64,000 nucleotides of DNA, from positions 96,001 through 160,000 of the forward strand of contig CAWDLW010000023.1 of assembly GCA_963803145.1 (NCBI GenBank), given 5' to 3'. Positions 8,924-17,028 of this stretch are shown in pieces. The position numbers and the translations under genes are program-made. Positions within the stretch are counted from its first letter, which is position 1; each line of letters starts with the position of its first letter. A model generated the notes under the pieces. It worked only from the letters and a program-made list of their open reading frames with translations. It made no database searches and was not told where the DNA came from. The DNA comes from Methanotrichaceae archaeon (lineage in GTDB: Archaea; Halobacteriota; Methanosarcinia; Methanotrichales; Methanotrichaceae).

Positions 8924-9415
8924 ATGTCGAAGGAAAAAGACGATCTTGGCGACATGCCTGTATTAGACAGGTTAGTGCCGAATATACTAAGAGATGAAAG
9001 CAAAGATTGGTTGAACGACGATCTCTGTAACTACACAGGAGACGGCTCAGATCTGCCAACCGGAGGATATTCTACAGTCCCAGGTTGGAACCCTGAGAAG
9101 GTCGTTAGACAATGGATGGTAGAAGATGTAGACGCTGACGAGGGCTTCTCTCTAAAGCACACCAGAGAGCTTGTTGCTGACGATATTATTGTTGGCACAG
9201 TAATGAATCTGAAAGCTCTTGCCGTGATTGTCAGCGCTTTTGGCAGAGACTTCTATACTATCGAGGACGCCAATGGAGAGAGACTGACTCTTGACAAATG
9301 GTATCAGAAGTATGGCACAAATGGTCTCGGCCTGGTCGCTATTAGAAACATGAGAGAAGAACTCACAGGTGGCGGAGTTCATTACGGTGATAAGAAAGCA
9401 GAGGGATCTAAGTGA
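8924..9415 (+). CDS. Hypothetical acidic protein
   Basis: RBS AGGAGG before ATG 8924; overlaps the next gene. Confidence 0.65.
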   Translation: MSKEKDDLGDMPVLDRLVPNILRDESKDWLNDDLCNYTGDGSDLPTGGYSTVPGWNPEKVVRQWMVEDVDADEGFSLKHTRELVADDIIVGTVMNLKALAVIVSAFGRDFYTIEDANGERLTLDKWYQKYGTNGLGLVAIRNMREELTGGGVHYGDKKAEGSK

Positions 9416-9756
9416 GAATAAGAATCTTTGAATCCCTTATCATTATTTTACTCCTGATGTCTGTTGTTACTGCACATCTAGCCACACCGTTGAATATCGT
9501 GCAGAATGCAGGCAAAGAGAACATAACTACAATCTCTATTTCAGGCCTGAACTCAAGTGCCGCTGATGCGATGGGAAAACTCAACAACAATAATTCTCTG
9601 TGGCGAGGATCGACCTTCCGTAATTTCGACAACGGAATTCGCGTTGATGCGGAATATACAATTATTCAAGGAACAAATAGCACTATCGGCGGAGTTCCTA
9701 CAAATCTACTCAACTTCTCAAAGACTATGCCGCCAATCGTGAAAGTAGGTGATTAA
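9412..9756 (+). CDS. Small secreted or membrane protein
   Basis: N-terminal hydrophobic signal; several N-x-S/T sequons. Confidence 0.65.
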   Translation: MRIRIFESLIIILLLMSVVTAHLATPLNIVQNAGKENITTISISGLNSSAADAMGKLNNNNSLWRGSTFRNFDNGIRVDAEYTIIQGTNSTIGGVPTNLLNFSKTMPPIVKVGD

Positions 9757-9757
9757 A

Positions 9758-10687
9758 ATGGTTGATAATCGTCGTACACACGGAATAAAAATATCTGATG
9801 ACCAGCGCCATGCTAATCGTAAGAGAAGCATGGTAGCTCATCAAAAGCTGAGAGCCGAGCACTTCACATATCCGAATTCGACTGACTGGCGCAATGTTGA
9901 CGGTAAAGACTTTACTACTTCGATAAAAGATCAACTGCAATGTGGAGCATGTACTGCTTTTGGAACTTGCGGAGTTGGTGAGTGCGTGTTTAAGATCACT
10001 CAGAACGATCCAACGTTGCAGCCGGATTTCTCGGAGCAGTTCTTGTTCAATGCAGTGAAAGGAACCTGCGAGGATGGTGCTGACATCAACGATATCACTC
10101 AGGCTCTAGTCGCACCAGGAACACCGGACGAGGCGTGTTGCGAGTATCTCCAAAAGCAAGTTTGCCCAGATGCTATCACGAGACTTTTCAAGGCAACAGG
10201 CAATACAGAGATTGTGACGGATGCCGAAGCTAAGCAGTGGCTAGCCACGAAAGGTCCGTTGGTATCGGGTATGGGAGTTCCAAAATCGTTCAATGATTAT
10301 AATGGCGGGATATTCAAACAGCAAGGAGCTAATGATGCAATAGAAGGATATCACTGCATAGGAATTTACGGATACAACGAAAAAGAAGGTTATTGGATCT
10401 GTAAGAACTCCTGGGGATCAGATATTTGGGGAGAGGCAAACCCGAATCCAAACGCTGATCTGACTAAGAAAGGCTGGTTCAAAATGGGCTATGGCGAATG
10501 TGGCATGGGATCTGATATACCGTTCTTCGGATTCCAGGCGGTGAAAGGCCCAAACTCGCCTAACCCAAATCCTGAGCCAGACCCAACCCCAAGTCCGATT
10601 AACGAGATTCCGTTGTGGATTAAAATAGCGGCTATCGTTGTAACGGTCGTTATCATCGCGCTCGGATTATACTTCAGAGCGAATTAA
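9758..10687 (+). CDS. Papain-family (C1A) cysteine protease with C-terminal TM anchor
   Basis: DWR, DQLQCGACTAF, SEQFL, GYHCIGIYGY, KNSWG, GWFKM; Pro-rich linker then LWIKIAAIVVTVVIIALGLYF. Confidence 0.92.
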   Translation: MVDNRRTHGIKISDDQRHANRKRSMVAHQKLRAEHFTYPNSTDWRNVDGKDFTTSIKDQLQCGACTAFGTCGVGECVFKITQNDPTLQPDFSEQFLFNAVKGTCEDGADINDITQALVAPGTPDEACCEYLQKQVCPDAITRLFKATGNTEIVTDAEAKQWLATKGPLVSGMGVPKSFNDYNGGIFKQQGANDAIEGYHCIGIYGYNEKEGYWICKNSWGSDIWGEANPNPNADLTKKGWFKMGYGECGMGSDIPFFGFQAVKGPNSPNPNPEPDPTPSPINEIPLWIKIAAIVVTVVIIALGLYFRAN

Positions 10688-10698
10688 AGATCAAACGA

Positions 10699-13650
10699 CT
10701 GAGAGGCAGTATTATAAAAATTTTATTTTTATTCTTGGCAATCCTGTTAACAGGATTGCTGGTATCGACATCGATTGCATCAACTGCGCCTGTTGTAACG
10801 AACGCAAACTACTTTGCCTCGGAAAGTGCGAGACTAGGAGGAGTTGTATTAGATACAGGCGGAATTAATCCAACTGTTCATATATATTGGGGAACCTCAG
10901 ATGGTGGAACAACTGTGGGAAGTTGGCAGCATGACGAGAATCTTGGTATCCAGCCTCAAGGCGCTTTCCATAAAGACATAACCGGCCTCAGTCCAAGTTA
11001 TACGTATTATTTCAGATGTTATGCTGTTAACACCGTTGGGAGTGCGTGGGCTGACGGAACTACAAAATTTATAACCCAATCGTTGCCTGGCGCTCCGAGT
11101 GTCTCAAATTCTTACGGTGCGTCTAATATAGCTTATTCGTCAGCTAGATTAAACGGACTTATAACAGCCACTGGCGGTGAAAATCCCACGGTTCGAATCC
11201 ATTGGGGAACTACGGATAATGGAACTGCCGCCGCCAACTGGCAGCATAATGAAAGTCTAGGAGTATTGCCAGCGGGAGCCTTTTATGAAGATATAAATGG
11301 TCTCAGTGGAAATACTACATACTATTATAGGTGCTATGCAGCCAATCCAGGCGGGAGCGCATGGGCAAACAATACCTCAAATTTCACAATTACAAATTCG
11401 CCGATGCCGCTTGTAGGATCTAATGATAATGGCCCATGGCCCTATGGCGCAGGATTAGACTACTTTGATTTGATCCAATATAAAGCAACATCCAGCGGAA
11501 TAATAAACGATTTCAGGGTCAAGACATCAGGAAGTGGACATGTAAAAGTTGCAGTATATGCCGATAGTTCAGGCGCGCCAGGTGCATTGCTTTCCCGTTC
11601 CGACAATGCGGGAACAGCAGTAAGCGCGGGCTGGAATAATATAAGCATAGATGAAACAACCATAACCAAAGATAACTATTATTGGCTAGCATTCGATGCT
11701 GATGCTAATATTGTATGCTACAATTATTCCAGTAGTTGGCCGCTATCCTGGTATGGTAAAACTGCCATATATAGCAGCTTTACATTCCCACAGACAGCAG
11801 GTACGGGATTTGGTACATGGACAGGATACGCAGCAGCCGTATCTGCATGGTACGTTCCAGTGACTTCAAAGAAGCTAGTAGGAACGGCAGATAACGCCTA
11901 TCCTTACTTCTCAGGTAGTGGATGGTTTGCTCTTAATGAGTATAAAGCAACATCCAGCGGGATTGCAACTGTTTACAGGGTCAAGACATCAGGAAGTGGA
12001 CATGTAAAAGTTGCAGTATATGCCGATAGTTCAGGCGCGCCAGGTGCATTGCTTTCCCGTTCCGACAATGCGGGAACAGCAGTAAGCACGGGCTGGAATA
12101 ATATAAGCATTCCGGCAACGATTATAAATAAGAATAGTCACTATTGGCTGGCATTTATCGCCGACAGCGATATTATATGCTATACCTACGAAAGTGATTA
12201 TCCTATGTCATGGTATGGTAAAACTGCCACTTATAGCAGCTTTACGTATCCATCGACAGCGGGAGGAGGATTCACAACTTGGACGGGATATCATGCTGCG
12301 TTGGCTTTGTGGGATATGTCGATATTTCCGACAATCCCAAATCCTTACCAATGCTATAAAGGCACAAAAAACTTAACTTCTTTTTATCCCAATGCCCAAA
12401 TAGCGTACTGGACTCCATCAACTACTTATCCTGATGGATATGTCGCATTGTATACGCCTGCCAATGAATCTACACCGGCTAAAGTGATTGATCCTTTTCT
12501 TGGTATCAGTGATGCGAGTAAATATCCTGTGATAAGCAAGACTTTCGACAATTTGACGGCGTTCGATGACTATATGATATACGTCAATCCATATCCTGAA
12601 AACTACAGCTTTGCCAATACGTCCTTAACAGCTTTCAGAGATTCAATTAAAAACGCTTCCAAGAATGCAGCGATTAGTATAACTGTTAGTTCAAGTGATG
12701 ACGTTCCGATAGTCATAACAACAGATCTACCGTATATTTATTCTATAGGAGAGAGCAACGGCCAAACTTCGAGATGTCTAATATTCCCAGTGGCGGATCT
12801 AGGATATTGTGAAGCTGGCACGCTGGCTTTATGGCAACATTATCATGATCTGGGTATATCTTGTTGGATTGCTACATGGACCACACCGTTCTGGAGCAAT
12901 CAACCAAGTCATGACGAGCTGTGGATTCCCAACTGCGTCTCTGTACGATATCCGTCGGTGTTTCCTGGGCTGGTCGGCACAGACCCTAGTGGCTTGGGCA
13001 ATACGCCTTATTTCTCATACATTCAGGAATGGGAGGATACGCACGATAACAATCAACTTTCGTTTGCTTTGAAATTGGGGCAAGAGGCGGGGCTGGAACA
13101 ATATCTTGGAAGCAGCCCATTATATAGCCTGTTTACTAATTCGGCTGGCGGCACTTTGATAGATTCGCACTATGGGCCAGAATTCTGTGACCAGATGCCC
13201 ACTCCTTCACATTTGAGTGCTACCCCGGCTGAATATCAAGCATATGAGAGGTCGTTATGGGCTGATGTAACAAATTTGAAGCTTAGTGCCAGTCATATGA
13301 AATGGAGCCCTTCCCAACTCGAACATATCAATAGTAGGCTTGAGGAAATCAATAGAACTTTGGACATTATCAACGCTTCGATGAGCTCTTCGGAACCTCT
13401 CAATAACACCATGCAGCGCTATTTAAACTACGGACTTAACAACAGCAGCCTAAATCTAACAGTGAATATGAACATCACAGAATGCGGGCCTATTGGCGAT
13501 TGTTACAACATTACTGAAGAGCCTAAATATTCCAACGAAAGCGAAAATCTGACATTTGCCAGATTCTCGCCACAGAGAATATCGATAAAGACTTCACCGA
13601 ATGCGAGCACAGCGGCTCGCAGACATCGAAGCCAGAACAATCAATTTTGA
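10699..13650 (+). CDS. Large secreted modular protein: 2 FN3-like repeats, 2 beta-sandwich repeats, C-terminal transglutaminase-like domain
   Basis: Signal peptide; GGxNPTVxIxWGT x2; VKVAVYADSSGAPG x2; GYC...LGI...H...DPS triad; start CTG 10699 or TTG 10735. Confidence 0.7.
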   Translation: MRGSIIKILFLFLAILLTGLLVSTSIASTAPVVTNANYFASESARLGGVVLDTGGINPTVHIYWGTSDGGTTVGSWQHDENLGIQPQGAFHKDITGLSPSYTYYFRCYAVNTVGSAWADGTTKFITQSLPGAPSVSNSYGASNIAYSSARLNGLITATGGENPTVRIHWGTTDNGTAAANWQHNESLGVLPAGAFYEDINGLSGNTTYYYRCYAANPGGSAWANNTSNFTITNSPMPLVGSNDNGPWPYGAGLDYFDLIQYKATSSGIINDFRVKTSGSGHVKVAVYADSSGAPGALLSRSDNAGTAVSAGWNNISIDETTITKDNYYWLAFDADANIVCYNYSSSWPLSWYGKTAIYSSFTFPQTAGTGFGTWTGYAAAVSAWYVPVTSKKLVGTADNAYPYFSGSGWFALNEYKATSSGIATVYRVKTSGSGHVKVAVYADSSGAPGALLSRSDNAGTAVSTGWNNISIPATIINKNSHYWLAFIADSDIICYTYESDYPMSWYGKTATYSSFTYPSTAGGGFTTWTGYHAALALWDMSIFPTIPNPYQCYKGTKNLTSFYPNAQIAYWTPSTTYPDGYVALYTPANESTPAKVIDPFLGISDASKYPVISKTFDNLTAFDDYMIYVNPYPENYSFANTSLTAFRDSIKNASKNAAISITVSSSDDVPIVITTDLPYIYSIGESNGQTSRCLIFPVADLGYCEAGTLALWQHYHDLGISCWIATWTTPFWSNQPSHDELWIPNCVSVRYPSVFPGLVGTDPSGLGNTPYFSYIQEWEDTHDNNQLSFALKLGQEAGLEQYLGSSPLYSLFTNSAGGTLIDSHYGPEFCDQMPTPSHLSATPAEYQAYERSLWADVTNLKLSASHMKWSPSQLEHINSRLEEINRTLDIINASMSSSEPLNNTMQRYLNYGLNNSSLNLTVNMNITECGPIGDCYNITEEPKYSNESENLTFARFSPQRISIKTSPNASTAARRHRSQNNQF
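11514..12110 (+). repeat. 135-bp intragenic direct repeat (11514-11648 and 11976-12110), one mismatch
   Basis: Direct comparison; offset 462 bp; G11626 vs A12088. Confidence 0.93.
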
Positions 13651-13729
13651 ATCATTTTTCAGTGCTCGGCAGTCGCTTTTTTGTTGCTGTCAATCTCGCA
13701 TTGAATGTTTAAGAAAATCTAGGAGGAAA

Positions 13730-14047
13730 ATGAAAATGGCAGATAAAACTGTAGAGAAACTTGGTATAGATTGGAAAGGGTTTAGACAGGATGCTTTGCT
13801 GACAGCTCAGGAGATCATGAATGCGAAAGATGCTCTTGAGTCGAACCCCAAGATAATGAGCGATGCTATGACTCTTGGCACTGCTCTTGGCGTGTGCATC
13901 GGAACATGGAGCCTAGTCCCAGGATTTGCAGTAGGTCAGGCTGCAATGAACCTCATGAACGATATCGTTGCCGATAAAACCCTGGTGACCGAGTGCGCCA
14001 CTCTTGTAGAGCTTCTAAAGAAGCTGGCAGCCGACATAGCGCAGTAA
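13730..14047 (+). CDS. Small helical protein with a Gly-rich hydrophobic hairpin (possibly membrane-active)
   Basis: RBS AGGAGG; LGTALGVCIGTWSLVPGFAVG. Confidence 0.55.
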   Translation: MKMADKTVEKLGIDWKGFRQDALLTAQEIMNAKDALESNPKIMSDAMTLGTALGVCIGTWSLVPGFAVGQAAMNLMNDIVADKTLVTECATLVELLKKLAADIAQ

Positions 14048-14148
14048 GAAGGGATGCCTTATCACCACGAGCGCCCGTGTGATAAGACAGAGCCCTCATC
14101 GACACCTAACTCTCTCTCAGATTTTAATCTTTTTCGAGAGGCGATCGG

Positions 14149-14472
14149 ATGGCTGAGATTAATGTCGTGTCTCGGATGGCCGTTTTTGAGGACTTCAAAA
14201 CGAGGGCCGAGAAACAGATCGAAGAGCTTTTCAGCAAGATCAACAGCTACGAGGTGTGCACAGCCACAATCAATGTGATGCTGCCTACAATTCAGCGAGA
14301 TTTAACGAAGATCACGGAAGATCTTGAGTCGTTGAAGACATCGCTGAACCAGGGCAAAGGCAAGTCGAAAGCTTGGTATGAGATCCGAGAGTGGCTAGCT
14401 GTTTTCTGTACTCTCGGAGCGGTTGTCATAGCCGGCATCTCTCTCGTAGTCGGCCACATGTTCTGGAAATAA
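14149..14472 (+). CDS. Holin/XhlA-like protein (coiled coil plus C-terminal TM)
   Basis: Heptad coiled coil, basic GKGKSK, then WLAVFCTLGAVVIAGISLVVG. Confidence 0.6.
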   Translation: MAEINVVSRMAVFEDFKTRAEKQIEELFSKINSYEVCTATINVMLPTIQRDLTKITEDLESLKTSLNQGKGKSKAWYEIREWLAVFCTLGAVVIAGISLVVGHMFWK

Positions 14473-14496
14473 CATCTGTGTTCGTCGGTTAAAGTT

Positions 14497-16722
14497 ATGA
14501 CTCTGCTAAAGTTCAATAGCAAATATGTATTGACGGACTCTTCTCATTCCGTCAACGTCTCATCGTCAACTTTAGCCGATGACACATACGCCTCTCAGAC
14601 TTTTTCATTATCTAAGACTCAAACAGTCCTTGTTATATATCAGGTCGCTAATAATTATGGAACTACTGAAGATTCAGCAGGAAAATATATAGCCATCAAT
14701 GTAGATGGAGTGAATTACGGTCAGGTTGGCCAATGTCCATACGATTCTAATTTTCCTGAAGGGGAGACAACTTTCTGGATCGGTTCATTGGCTGCAGGGA
14801 ACCATACTATTAAAGGCCAATTTGCTGCTACAGTCAATACGAAAACTGTTACTATCGATAACAGAAGCTTGATTATAATAATCTTTGACGGTGACGAATT
14901 TACTTTAGCAACAAGCGCAGTCGCTAACACATTTACGAGTACCTCATTTGCTGATGATAACGTTTCAATTACCGCAACTCCATCAGGGTCATGTGTTGCG
15001 TTAGCAATTTATGCCGTATCTAATAATAAAGGATCTGTAGAAGGAGGTTATGGCAGAAAGATTGCAATTAATTTTGGCGGCAGTGATTTGGTTCAGGTTG
15101 AAGGTACGCCAGCATGTGCCGCAAATTATACAGAGGCGGAATTTACAGCTTATGCAGCTAGTCAAGATGCAACTTCGCTGACGGTTAAAGGAAGGGCAGC
15201 GGTAAACTCATCAGGTACATCAACAATAGATAGGCACTATTTGGCATTGCTGTTTTTCGATCCATCGACTCTACTTGATATAAATACTACAGTTTCTCAA
15301 GTATCTACTACCAGTAACACATTAGTTGATGATTCACAATGTACTATCAGTAGAACAACTACCGACTCAAGAGAACTGCTAGTTATTGCAATAGGCACAA
15401 AACGCCGACCAACGAGCTCGGATTTTCATGGCGAATGTTATGGAATAAGTATCAATGGCGTGGATGTTGCTAGTTCGAGACAGTCACCGTTTAACTCCGG
15501 CGAAGCTAATTCAGTGTCTACAAGCTATGGTCTTACGGTAGCTGCAGGAAGTCAGACAATTAAAGGCAGACTCTCAAACAATTTGACCACCAGCACCGCA
15601 ATAATCGATGCCAGGGTAGTTATTGCATTATGGTTCTCATCAGGTTCTACCGTTGAAGATACTGCTTCAATTGGATCTATAAGCAATTTAACATCTACTG
15701 ATGAGCCATTGATTGAATTATCTGCTAATTTAGCGAATATATCAAAGATTTACGGTGTTAGAGAACTTATACAACAGATCCAATCAATCTTAACCAATTA
15801 TAGCTCTATTCAGTCAACGGACAGAATAATAGCAGAATTGGGCCTTATAATAGAGAGCATATCAAGTGCAAGCTCAATAGATGAGGTTACAGCCGAACCT
15901 ACAGCATCTATTAGTACATTAGCTCGAATCTATAGTGCCTATTCGTTATTTGAATTGATTGAAATAGCTGCATCCTGTCGGTCAGCCTCCCTAATTTCTG
16001 CTGTTGATAGGGTCCTAGCCGAGGCTGCAGCCCAGATCTTATCAGAGACGAATGTTCAGGCCATAACCGAGAGATTGCATGAATCTAGGGCTAATATAGA
16101 GGCTTCAAGCCTGCTTCAATCTAATGATGAGGTCCTGGAAATCGTACATTTAGCAATAGATTCAATCTCTAGGATTTTGTCAGATAACGAAAACATAGCA
16201 GAGACTGCAGCCAACTTGAGATCAAATTCAAAGCTTATGGCCGCTGCGTCCTTGATCTTGATAGAGGTTATAGAGAGGATAATTTCATCTTCTGAAGTAA
16301 ATCCTACGTTATGGCAAATCCAAGAGAGCCAGGCTAGATTATCATCAATATCTTCAGAATATAGCCATCTAGATTTAATTGCTGATATAGCCGCATTAAT
16401 CGTAGGCTCTTCAAGGATCTTATGTTCATCAAAGCAGGACGCAGAGTTTAAAGCGAAAGTATTTTCAGATTCCATTTTCTTTATAAACGAGTTTACCCGC
16501 CTATACGAGGCGTCAGCTGACATAAAATCTCTCGGCAATCTCATTTCAAGAATAAATGAGATTCAGGAAATCCAGGGCCTTATTCTTTCCGATTCTGAAT
16601 TAGAGGCCATGGCTTGGGCTGAAATGATCTATGTTAAGCTTTGGATGGAGACCTCTCTTTATAGAAATAACTTTGATAAAACCCAGATATTCAGGAAGAT
16701 GTATGATAGCTCGGAGGTGTAG
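14497..16722 (+). CDS. Fibre/receptor-binding protein: three ~125-aa head repeats plus Ser/Ile/Ala spacer
   Basis: STLADD, TSFADD and NTLVDD repeats; A-x-I-x-S-x-S repeats in the C-terminal half. Confidence 0.65.
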   Translation: MTLLKFNSKYVLTDSSHSVNVSSSTLADDTYASQTFSLSKTQTVLVIYQVANNYGTTEDSAGKYIAINVDGVNYGQVGQCPYDSNFPEGETTFWIGSLAAGNHTIKGQFAATVNTKTVTIDNRSLIIIIFDGDEFTLATSAVANTFTSTSFADDNVSITATPSGSCVALAIYAVSNNKGSVEGGYGRKIAINFGGSDLVQVEGTPACAANYTEAEFTAYAASQDATSLTVKGRAAVNSSGTSTIDRHYLALLFFDPSTLLDINTTVSQVSTTSNTLVDDSQCTISRTTTDSRELLVIAIGTKRRPTSSDFHGECYGISINGVDVASSRQSPFNSGEANSVSTSYGLTVAAGSQTIKGRLSNNLTTSTAIIDARVVIALWFSSGSTVEDTASIGSISNLTSTDEPLIELSANLANISKIYGVRELIQQIQSILTNYSSIQSTDRIIAELGLIIESISSASSIDEVTAEPTASISTLARIYSAYSLFELIEIAASCRSASLISAVDRVLAEAAAQILSETNVQAITERLHESRANIEASSLLQSNDEVLEIVHLAIDSISRILSDNENIAETAANLRSNSKLMAAASLILIEVIERIISSSEVNPTLWQIQESQARLSSISSEYSHLDLIADIAALIVGSSRILCSSKQDAEFKAKVFSDSIFFINEFTRLYEASADIKSLGNLISRINEIQEIQGLILSDSELEAMAWAEMIYVKLWMETSLYRNNFDKTQIFRKMYDSSEV

Positions 16723-16725
16723 GGC

Positions 16726-17025
16726 ATGTATGCTATACAAGGAGATACGGGAGGTCAAATAATTATAGATGTCTATGAGCGGGATGAGAACCAAGTTAAA
16801 CAGCCCGTAGATATAAGCGCTGCAATGCTGCTAAGGCTTGATGTAACCAGGCAGGACGGATCAATGGAGCAATGGACAGCAACCTTCTTTTCCAATACCC
16901 AGATATCTTATGTCATTCCGGCTAATGCTCTTCCTAAAAAAGAGACTATAAAAATTGATCCTTTTATTAAATGGTCTCCTGATCTATATTTCCATGGAAC
17001 GCCGATTTATCTTATTGTAGGGTGA
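16726..17025 (+). CDS. BppU N-terminal-like fibre/baseplate adaptor
   Basis: QGDTG...PVDISAA...DG...W-x-A...ISY pattern. Confidence 0.6.
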   Translation: MYAIQGDTGGQIIIDVYERDENQVKQPVDISAAMLLRLDVTRQDGSMEQWTATFFSNTQISYVIPANALPKKETIKIDPFIKWSPDLYFHGTPIYLIVG

Positions 17026-17028
17026 ATC

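Noticed and set aside
11514-12110. Diversity-generating retroelement TR/VR pair
   Set aside because: Both copies are in-frame domains of one gene, flanking differences are not adenine-specific, and no reverse transcriptase is in the window
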